A model generated the notes under the pieces. That model had not been told where the DNA came from. It ran no database searches and worked only from the letters and a program-made list of their open reading frames with translations. The translations under genes and the position numbers were made by a program. A stretch of 58,146 nt of DNA, taken from Patescibacteria group bacterium. GTDB lineage: Bacteria > Patescibacteriota > Patescibacteriia > 2-01-FULL-39-33. Positions 45,330 through 52,555 of this stretch are shown in pieces. The first letter of the stretch is position 1. Each line of letters starts with the position of its first letter. Location: contig JBAZQS010000004.1 of the NCBI GenBank assembly GCA_041645075.1, positions 1-58,146 of the forward strand, written 5' to 3'.

Positions 45330-48002
45330 TTATTTTAAATTATTTAATTGCTGATTTAATTTTTCTAATTTATCTTTGGTGATTTTCATTTTTTCTGTTT
45401 CGCCATTTATCACTGCTTTAGGGGCGCGACTGGCAAAATTTTTGTCGTCCAATTTTAATTCAAGGCCTTTAATGTATTTTCCCGCTTCGGTTATTTCTTT
45501 TTGTAATCTTTTTTTCTCGGCTTCCATGTCAACTATGCCGGCCAGAGAAATATAAATTTCTATTCCGCCGACAACCGCGCCAATGCTATTTTCCGGTTTG
45601 GACCCCGACGTTACGTCAAGGCGACCCGTCCCTACTTCTATATTACAACGCGCCAATTTTTTAATAATTTCTTTTTGGCTTTCAATTAATTTCTTATTTT
45701 CTTGGCTAATGATCGTCGCGCTGATAAATTTTGCCGGTTCAATTTTGTATTCACTTTTTAGATTTCTGATGGATGAAATCATTTCCTTAATCAAATTAAA
45801 ATTATTTTCGGCCTCTGATTTTTTATTTTTTTTCGCCTCGGGCCAATTTGAAACCATTAAAAAACTATTATCCAAATTTTTCCAAATCTCTTCGGTGATA
45901 AATGGACAAAATGGATGCCATAACTTTAAAACATTTTGCAAAGCATATAACAATATCTCATCTTTATTGCCCTCAATTTTGGCAATTTCAAGATACCAAT
46001 CGGCAAAATCGCTCCAAGTAAATTCATAAAGAATATCACTGGCCATGGAAAAATTATATTTATCCATCTCTGGCGTGGCCGAATTTATAACCGAATTTAA
46101 TTTAGCCAATATCCATCTATCGGCTAGGGTTTTTGCTTTCGGCGGTTTTTCAATTAATTTTATTTTCTCCACCGACGACAAAATATAGCGGGAAATGTTC
46201 CATAATTTATTGACAAAATTTCTCGCCCCTTCAACTTTCTCTTCATAAAATCTTGAATCGTTGCCCGGCGCCATGCCTTTCAATAAACTCAAACGCAGGG
46301 CGTCCGTGCCATATTTTTCTATAATCCGTAAAGGATCTAAGCCATTGCCCAGCGACTTAGAAAATTTCTTGCCATTTTTATCGCGCAATATGCCATGGAT
46401 ATAAACATCTTTAAAAGGAATATCGTCTAAGGCATAAGTGGTCAGCAAAATCATTCTCGCCATCCAGAAAAATAAAATTTCATAGCCCATCTGCATCCAA
46501 GTCGTGGGATGATATTTTTTCAAGTCCTTGGTTTTATCCGGCCAACCAAGCGTGGAAAATGTCCAAGCGCCCGAGGAAAACCAAGTATCAAGCGTGTCTT
46601 CATCTTGTGTCCAGTCCCCGCCTTTTGGTTTTGTATCGCTTACAATAATTTCGTCGCCGCGATACCAAATCGGAATGCGATGTCCCCACCAAATCTGGCG
46701 GGAAATACACCAATCGCGCAAATTATCAATCCAATGCAGATAAATATTATGGAATCTTTCGGGCGTAATCGTAATTTTTTTTTCTGGGTCGCCCTTATGG
46801 CCAATTGTAACCGCTTCACGCATTAAATCTTTCAAGCATTTATTTCGTCCGGGAATAATTTTATTTACATCAATAAACCATTGCTCCATGGGCAGGGCCT
46901 CCACCACATCGCCAAAACGATCCGAGGTGCCGACATTGTGGTCAACTTCTTCTTCGCTGATATATAAATCATTTTTTTTAAGCCACTTTACAAATTTTTC
47001 CCGCGCCTCTAAAATTGTTAAGCCCTGATATGCCGAACCCGCCTCTTCTGTCATGCGGCCGTCCGCGCCAATCACTTGAACTAAGCCAATGTCTTTATTT
47101 TTCAAATACATTTCATAATCAATGGCGCTATGGGCCGGCGTCACGCCGACCGCGCCCGTGCCATAATTTATATCAACCGCCTCATCGGCAATTATCGTAA
47201 TCACTAATGGCTTTTTGGCGCCCGCTTCGCCGCGAGGCGAGCCGACGTCAACCGTAAATTTTTGGCCGATATATTCTTTATATCTTTCGTCATTTGGATT
47301 AACGGCCACGGCTGTATCGCCCAATTTTGTTTCCGGTCTGGTCGTGGCAATCGGAATCGGAAAATCTTTGGCGTATTTGAAAGTATGGACAACGGTTTTC
47401 TGGTCAACATAAACCAATTCGTCATCCGAGCAAGTTGACTGGCCTTTGACCGACCAATTAATCACCCGATAGCCCCTGTAGATTAAACCATCTTCATACA
47501 TTCGCTTAAATAATTCATTGACCGCCTTTGACCTCGGCTCGTCAAAAGTATAGGCCAAGCGCGACCAATCGCAACTGGTGCCCATTTTTTTAATCTGGCT
47601 TAAAATCACGGCCTTGGAATTTTCCGCGTACTCGCGAACTTTTTCAAGTAATTTTTCCCGCCCCAAGTCCTGACGAGGATTTTTAATACCTTGCTTTTTC
47701 AAATCATCTTCCACTCTGGCTTGCGTCGCCACGGCCGCGTGGTCCGTGCCGGGAACAAGCAAGACGCGTTTGCCTTTCATCCTTTGATATCTAACGGCGG
47801 CATCGATTATCGACTGTTCCAGGGCATGGCCAAGATGAAGAATGCCGGTCACATTTGGCGGCGGCATGGACACCACAAATTTATCCGGCCGTTTACCGGG
47901 CAGATTATCCGGATTAAAAAATCCCGAGTCCTCCCATTTCTTATAAATAGCGTCTTCTACTTCGGCGGCGTTATAGGTTTTCGCTAATTCAATTTTTGGC
48001 AT
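45330..48002 (-). CDS. valS: valine--tRNA ligase
   Basis: PPPNVTGILHLGH and KFSKS motifs and a C-terminal coiled coil. The start is moved to MPKIELAKTYN (ATG at 48002), because the 24 upstream codons look non-homologous. Confidence 0.9.
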   Translation of the reverse strand: MPKIELAKTYNAAEVEDAIYKKWEDSGFFNPDNLPGKRPDKFVVSMPPPNVTGILHLGHALEQSIIDAAVRYQRMKGKRVLLVPGTDHAAVATQARVEDDLKKQGIKNPRQDLGREKLLEKVREYAENSKAVILSQIKKMGTSCDWSRLAYTFDEPRSKAVNELFKRMYEDGLIYRGYRVINWSVKGQSTCSDDELVYVDQKTVVHTFKYAKDFPIPIATTRPETKLGDTAVAVNPNDERYKEYIGQKFTVDVGSPRGEAGAKKPLVITIIADEAVDINYGTGAVGVTPAHSAIDYEMYLKNKDIGLVQVIGADGRMTEEAGSAYQGLTILEAREKFVKWLKKNDLYISEEEVDHNVGTSDRFGDVVEALPMEQWFIDVNKIIPGRNKCLKDLMREAVTIGHKGDPEKKITITPERFHNIYLHWIDNLRDWCISRQIWWGHRIPIWYRGDEIIVSDTKPKGGDWTQDEDTLDTWFSSGAWTFSTLGWPDKTKDLKKYHPTTWMQMGYEILFFWMARMILLTTYALDDIPFKDVYIHGILRDKNGKKFSKSLGNGLDPLRIIEKYGTDALRLSLLKGMAPGNDSRFYEEKVEGARNFVNKLWNISRYILSSVEKIKLIEKPPKAKTLADRWILAKLNSVINSATPEMDKYNFSMASDILYEFTWSDFADWYLEIAKIEGNKDEILLYALQNVLKLWHPFCPFITEEIWKNLDNSFLMVSNWPEAKKNKKSEAENNFNLIKEMISSIRNLKSEYKIEPAKFISATIISQENKKLIESQKEIIKKLARCNIEVGTGRLDVTSGSKPENSIGAVVGGIEIYISLAGIVDMEAEKKRLQKEITEAGKYIKGLELKLDDKNFASRAPKAVINGETEKMKITKDKLEKLNQQLNNLK

Positions 48003-48161
48003 AAAAAATATTTGATTTAATGTCTTAATTCTAATCAATTTGAAAATAATTTTCAAGTTCTTGCTATTTGACAAAAAACATCAAAAACGATAGAGTTGGA
48101 GCACTTACATCAGTAATGCTCTTTTTATAAAGAGTTAAAAAAAATAGGAGGTCTAAAAAAC

Positions 48162-48734
48162 ATGGGAGAGAAAGCGGTTCGAGTCGAAGTAATAATCGGC
48201 AGCGAATCGGACAGAAAAAAAATCCAGCCCTGTCTGGATATCTTATCGAAGCTCGGGATTCCCTGGGCTTTAACTATTGTGTCCTGTCACCGTCACACAG
48301 ATCAATTGGATCGCCATATTACGGAACTGATCGGCGGTGGGGTGAAATTCATCATCGCGGCCGCAGGTATGGCGGCGGATCTTCCCGGATTTCTGACTGC
48401 CAAAGTCAAGGGTCACGGCATTTTGGTTATCGGTGTTGCGCTATCAAGCGCCAATTTTCCCGATGCCATGGACGCCCTACTCAATATCGTGCGGATGCCA
48501 CCCGGCGTACCCCTGGTTTGCGCGGGCATTGATGAAGCCGGCGCAAAAAACGCAGCGCTGTTTGTGGCCGAGGCCTGTGCGGCGCTTAAGGGCCAATTCG
48601 GCCCCAACGAACGAGAATTATCTTTATTCTACAAAAAAATGCAAGCCGAAAAGCCGGTAAGCATTCGTTGCGAACGCGGCGGCGCTGAATTAAATACCGA
48701 AACCCTAGAAACGTGGCATGCACCCCGAAATTAG
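48162..48734 (+). CDS. purE: divergent PurE-family protein (N5-CAIR mutase / AIR carboxylase fold)
   Basis: IIGSESD..., SCHRH (canonical SAHR) and AAGMAADLPG (canonical AGGAAHLPG). AGGAGG RBS. Confidence 0.65.
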   Translation: MGEKAVRVEVIIGSESDRKKIQPCLDILSKLGIPWALTIVSCHRHTDQLDRHITELIGGGVKFIIAAAGMAADLPGFLTAKVKGHGILVIGVALSSANFPDAMDALLNIVRMPPGVPLVCAGIDEAGAKNAALFVAEACAALKGQFGPNERELSLFYKKMQAEKPVSIRCERGGAELNTETLETWHAPRN

Positions 48735-48807
48735 GACGCCCATAAAGGAATACATTTAGTGAAGTAGAATTGAAAATTGAATTCTAAATCCGAAAGGAGA
48801 ACTAATA

Positions 48808-49824
48808 ATGAACGACGTCTTAATGGACATCTCTCTACCGGGCATAAAATGCATCAGAGGCAAGGTTAGGAATAATTTTGACCTCATAAACAGACATCGA
48901 TTAATCGTGGCCACGGATCGCCTTTCCGCTTTTGATGTGGTCATGGCAGACCCAATTCCCCATAAGGGCATGGTCCTGACGCAACTCTCCGCGTTTTGGT
49001 TTGAAAAAATCAAGGAGTCATTCCCCTGGTTGCCGACACATTTCATTACCGCGGATTGGCAGGAAATTATCGAGCTTCATCCGGAAATTAAAGACGCCGG
49101 CGAGGACTTGGACGGCCGAAGTATGCTGGTCCATCACGCCCAACGAGTTTTGCCCGTTGAGGCCATTGTCCGTGGCTATCTTTACGGCTCCGGCTGGAAG
49201 GACTATCTGAAAAGCGGCGAAGTGTGCGGCATCAAATTGCCTGCGGGTATGAAGATGGCCGACTTAATGCCCTTTACCGCATTCACGCCTTCCACCAAAG
49301 CCGAGCAAGGCGAACACGACCAAAACATTCGCCCTGAAGACATGCAACTTGGTGCCAATGAGAAACAAGTCGTCACGGCGATTTCCATTCTACTTTATAC
49401 TTGGGCCAATGCGTTCGCCCAAGCACGCGGCATAATCATCGCCGATACCAAATTCGAATTCGGCACTTTCCCCGACGGCATTTACCTAATTGATGAGGTC
49501 CTAACGCCCGATTCTTCCCGTTTCTGGCCCAAGGACCAATATCAGCCGGGCGATGAACAACCCAGCTTTGACAAACAATTTGTCCGTGATTACCTGGAAA
49601 AGTTGGTTCAAGCCGGTCAGTGGGATAAAAAATCCCCGGCGCCGCGCCTGCCACAGGAGATCATTGACGGCACGAGCAGACGTTATCTGCAAGCTCTGGA
49701 AATACTTACTGGAAAAGGACTTGATAAAGACACGCCTTTTTGCAATGTTTGCGGTGGCATCACTGTACGTATGGGCACCTGCTACAAATGCCTCTTTTGC
49801 GGCAACTCCATGAGTTGCTCATAA
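48808..49824 (+). CDS. purC: SAICAR synthetase fused to a C-terminal Cys-rich zinc ribbon
   Basis: GKVRNNFDL and LIVATDRLSAFD motifs. The last 28 aa are FCNVCGGITVRMGTCYKCLFCGNSMSCS. Confidence 0.85.
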   Translation: MNDVLMDISLPGIKCIRGKVRNNFDLINRHRLIVATDRLSAFDVVMADPIPHKGMVLTQLSAFWFEKIKESFPWLPTHFITADWQEIIELHPEIKDAGEDLDGRSMLVHHAQRVLPVEAIVRGYLYGSGWKDYLKSGEVCGIKLPAGMKMADLMPFTAFTPSTKAEQGEHDQNIRPEDMQLGANEKQVVTAISILLYTWANAFAQARGIIIADTKFEFGTFPDGIYLIDEVLTPDSSRFWPKDQYQPGDEQPSFDKQFVRDYLEKLVQAGQWDKKSPAPRLPQEIIDGTSRRYLQALEILTGKGLDKDTPFCNVCGGITVRMGTCYKCLFCGNSMSCS

Positions 49825-49851
49825 GCTCATTAATTCACTAAATAAAAATCC

Positions 49852-49880
49852 AAGCCATCCAACAAAACGGATGGCTTTTA
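49852..49880 (+). terminator. intrinsic terminator after purC
   Basis: AAGCCATCC-loop-GGATGGCTT followed by TTTAAA. Confidence 0.55.
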
Positions 49881-49999
49881 AACTTCAGCGGATAAAACGT
49901 GGAATCGGCAAATGGGCCAGACAATTGACACTAATTGAAATTTAATATAAGATACTCTATTGGATTCATTTTAATTTTATAATCTCAAAAATATTTCTT

Positions 50000-51151
50000 A
50001 TGGCTTTAACAGCAATCCAACAGACATTTGAGCTGATTAAAAAAAGCAGAGACATTCTTATTATTTTTAAAAAGGACTGGACCGGCGATGCCTTAGCCAG
50101 TTCTTTGGCCTTGGCCAATATTTTAAAAAAATCAGATAAGCAAGTTGATATTGTCTGCCAGGATTTCAAGCCAAGCGCCGCTCTTTCTTTTTTGCCGTTG
50201 CCGTTAATTCTTACCGGCCTGCAAAACCTCCAAAAATTTATCATCAGCATCAAGACGACCGATACTCAAATAGGTGAATTTTTTTATGCTCGCGACAAGG
50301 AAAGATTAAATATTTACCTTACTCCCCAAGAAGGCCAATTTAATGACCGCGACATTTCCACCTCTACTTCGGATTATAAATATGACTTGATTTTTATTAT
50401 TAATTCTCCGGATTTAGAATCATTGGGCGAGGTCTATGACCGTCATCCGGAATTTTTTTATAAAACCGCGAAAATTAATATTGATAATTCAGGCCGGAAT
50501 GAATATTTCGGCAATATTGATTTGGTTAATTTAACCGCCAGCGCCACGGCCGAGATAATTTACGACCTGATAAAAAATATTGAGGAAAAATTAATTGATG
50601 AAGACGTGGCGACTTATCTTTTGGCCGGGATAATTCTGGCCACCAAGAATTTCAAGACGTCGAATGTCACGCCGCAAACCTTAAGCATTGCCAGCTTGCT
50701 TGTGGCTAAGGGCGGACGGCGCGAACAAATTGTTCAAAATTTATATCAAAACCGATTTTTATCTACTTTAAAATTGTGGGGGCGGGTTCTAACACGGCTT
50801 AATCGTGACTTAGGCGGACGGCTGGTCTGGTCGGTAATTTCCGCCTCTGATTTTTTAGAAACCTCAACCGCGCCGGCCGAGCTAATTGATGTAATTGACG
50901 AGCTAATCGTCTCCATGCCCAAAACCGAAGTCGTCGCCTTAATTTATGAAATTAAGGAGGTGAATGGCGCAAAAATAAAATGCCTGCTTTATTCGGCGAA
51001 AAATAATCTTGATTCCCTTTTTATGGCTAAAAAATTCAATCCGGAAGGTAATAAAGAATTAGCCAAATTTTCCTTATCCGATACCAATTTAGCCCAAGCC
51101 GAGCAAATTATAATCCAAGAAATTAAAGGCAAACTTAATCTTGAAAATTAA
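50000..51151 (+). CDS. DHH/DHHA1-family (NrnA-like) protein with degenerate catalytic motifs
   Basis: Overall NrnA-like layout (TGDALASSLALANIL ... GGRRE), but the position of the DHH motif reads IDNSG. Confidence 0.55.
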   Translation: MALTAIQQTFELIKKSRDILIIFKKDWTGDALASSLALANILKKSDKQVDIVCQDFKPSAALSFLPLPLILTGLQNLQKFIISIKTTDTQIGEFFYARDKERLNIYLTPQEGQFNDRDISTSTSDYKYDLIFIINSPDLESLGEVYDRHPEFFYKTAKINIDNSGRNEYFGNIDLVNLTASATAEIIYDLIKNIEEKLIDEDVATYLLAGIILATKNFKTSNVTPQTLSIASLLVAKGGRREQIVQNLYQNRFLSTLKLWGRVLTRLNRDLGGRLVWSVISASDFLETSTAPAELIDVIDELIVSMPKTEVVALIYEIKEVNGAKIKCLLYSAKNNLDSLFMAKKFNPEGNKELAKFSLSDTNLAQAEQIIIQEIKGKLNLEN

Positions 51152-51182
51152 AAAAAAGTGATTTATACTGGATAGAGGTAAT

Positions 51183-51242
51183 GTCGCTCGGGCCAGTAGC
51201 TCCCGCCTCGACTCGCGGAGTCGACGCGAGGCGGGAAGCGAC
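51183..51242. repeat. G+C-rich nested hairpin in an AT-rich spacer
   Basis: Outer stem GTCGCT/AGCGAC, a 13-nt 5' bulge, CCCGCCTCG/CGAGGCGGG, and inner GACTC-GCG-GAGTC. Confidence 0.5.
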
Positions 51243-51417
51243 TGGTTTGTTAAAAAATAATAATAAAGAAAAAAAAATTATGTCTAAACCGGCAAAAAAA
51301 CCGTCTTCTTTAAAAGTTAAAATAAAAGAAGTAAGGTAGGTTTTGTTCTTTTAAAATATTAGTGCTATAATGAACTAATGATTTATTGTTTTATTAAAGT
51401 AATTTAAAGGTTCAATT

Positions 51418-52080
51418 ATGGCGCGTTTTAAAGATAGAGAAAAAGCTTTAGCTCTCAGAAAACAAGAAATGAGCTATAGTCAAATAAAGAAAATCTTGGG
51501 AGTAAGTAAAAGTACTTTGAGTCTTTGGCTTAGGGATTATCCCCTTTCTAAACAAAGAATAAGAGAACTTAGAGATTGCAACGAACAAAGAATTGAACGA
51601 TATCGAGAAACAAGACGCAAAACAAGAGAAAAAAGATTAAAAGAAACTTACGACATTCAAAAAAAATTATTGTTACCATTAACAAAAAGAGAGCTTTTTA
51701 TTGCGGGTTTGTTTCTTTATTTGGGTGAAGGTACAAAATATCGAATTTTTGGATTATCCGTTTCTAACACAGATCCTTCTGTAATCAAATTTTTCATCTA
51801 CTGGCTTAATAAAATTTTATCTGTTCCAAAAGAAAAAATAAACGTACAATTACAGTTATATAATGATATGGACATACAGAAAGAAATTAATTACTGGTCA
51901 ACAATATTAAAAATTCCGTTAAAACAATTTAGCAAACCATACATCAAAGAAACTTCGAGCAAAAGAATAAATCATAAAGGAAGCTTTGGTCATGGCACTT
52001 GCAATGTGCGAATTAATGACGTTAGACTTGGAGAAAAAATAATTATGAGCATAAAAACAATAAGCGATAAATATCAGTAA
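51418..52080 (+). CDS. free-standing HTH + LAGLIDADG-like homing-endonuclease-type protein
   Basis: N-terminal resolvase-type HTH (MSYSQIKKILGVSKSTLSLWLRD) and a LAGLIDADG-like motif (LFIAGLFLYLGEGTK). Very AT-rich. It lies immediately upstream of a disrupted tRNA cluster. Confidence 0.5.
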   Translation: MARFKDREKALALRKQEMSYSQIKKILGVSKSTLSLWLRDYPLSKQRIRELRDCNEQRIERYRETRRKTREKRLKETYDIQKKLLLPLTKRELFIAGLFLYLGEGTKYRIFGLSVSNTDPSVIKFFIYWLNKILSVPKEKINVQLQLYNDMDIQKEINYWSTILKIPLKQFSKPYIKETSSKRINHKGSFGHGTCNVRINDVRLGEKIIMSIKTISDKYQ

Positions 52081-52087
52081 ATTTTGT

Positions 52088-52163
52088 GGGCGTGTAGCTC
52101 AGTGGTAGTAGCACAAACCTTATAAGTTTGGGGTCGCAGGTTCGATCCCTGCCACGCCCACCA
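52088..52163 (+). tRNA. tRNA-Ile(TAT) with encoded CCA
   Basis: GGGCGTG/CACGCCC acceptor, anticodon loop CTTATAA, T-arm GCAGG-TTCGATC-CCTGC, 3' ACCA. There is one D-stem mismatch. Confidence 0.7.
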
Positions 52164-52174
52164 TATAAAAATTT

Positions 52175-52247
52175 GGGCACTTGGCGCAGTGGTTAGCGCG
52201 TTGCTTCGACATAACAGGGGTCGATGGTTCGAATCCATCTATGCGCA
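52175..52247 (+). pseudogene. degenerate tRNA-like sequence
   Basis: Good D-arm (GCGC-AGTGGTTA-GCGC) and T-arm (GATGG-TTCGAAT-CCATC). The acceptor pairs at only 4/7 positions, and the anticodon loop TCGACAT has C at position 33. Confidence 0.35.
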
Positions 52248-52262
52248 TTGAAAAATTAATAA

Positions 52263-52312
52263 GGACGGCTAGCTCAGTTGGTTAGAGCGTCTCGTTGACA
52301 TCGAGGAGGGTC
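52263..52312 (+). pseudogene. tRNA-Val(GAC) 5' fragment (acceptor 5' strand through the anticodon arm)
   Basis: GGACGGC-TA-GCTC-AGTTGGTTA-GAGC-G-TCTCG-TTGACAT-CGAGG. No matching T-arm or GCCGTCC 3' strand lies downstream. The fragment is followed directly by a repeat element. Confidence 0.65.
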
Positions 52313-52319
52313 GCGAAGC

Positions 52320-52393
52320 GACGGGCAGAAGCGAGGCGAAGACGAGCGTAGATGAATGCGAGCAAGTGCGAGCATTCAGCTCTGCCCGGGAAC
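52320..52393. repeat. G+C-rich hairpin module fused to the tRNA-Val fragment (reverse-complement copy inside GT4 at 21355-21475)
   Basis: GACGGGCAGAAGCGAGGCGAAGACGAGCGTAGATGAATGCGA ... GCATTCAGCTCTGCCC. Outer stem GGGCAGA/TCTGCCC, inner stem GAATGC/GCATTC. Confidence 0.75.
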
Positions 52394-52420
52394 ACAAGTT
52401 CAATTCTCATAAAACAATAA

Positions 52421-52494
52421 GGACATTTAGCTCAGTTGGTTAGAGCGTCTCGTTGACGTCGAGAAGGTCAGTGGTTCGAATCCACTAATGTCCA
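52421..52494 (+). tRNA. tRNA-Val(GAC)
   Basis: GGACATT/AATGTCC acceptor, anticodon loop TTGACGT, T-arm AGTGG-TTCGAAT-CCACT; 74 nt. Confidence 0.85.
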
Positions 52495-52555
52495 CCCTGA
52501 AAATCTCTTTAAAAATTAGGGTGCATTGCGCCCTGATTTTTGTTAAAATGAATAT

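Noticed and set aside
48003-48074. 24-codon N-terminal extension of valS
   Set aside because: The sequence MSNSKNLKIIFKLIRIKTLNQIFF does not resemble ValRS N-termini. MPKIELAKTYN... aligns with the canonical start.
51280-51339. 19-codon ORF MSKPAKKPSSLKVKIKEVR in the spacer before the LAGLIDADG-like gene
   Set aside because: It is too short and low-complexity, with no RBS or conservation evidence available.
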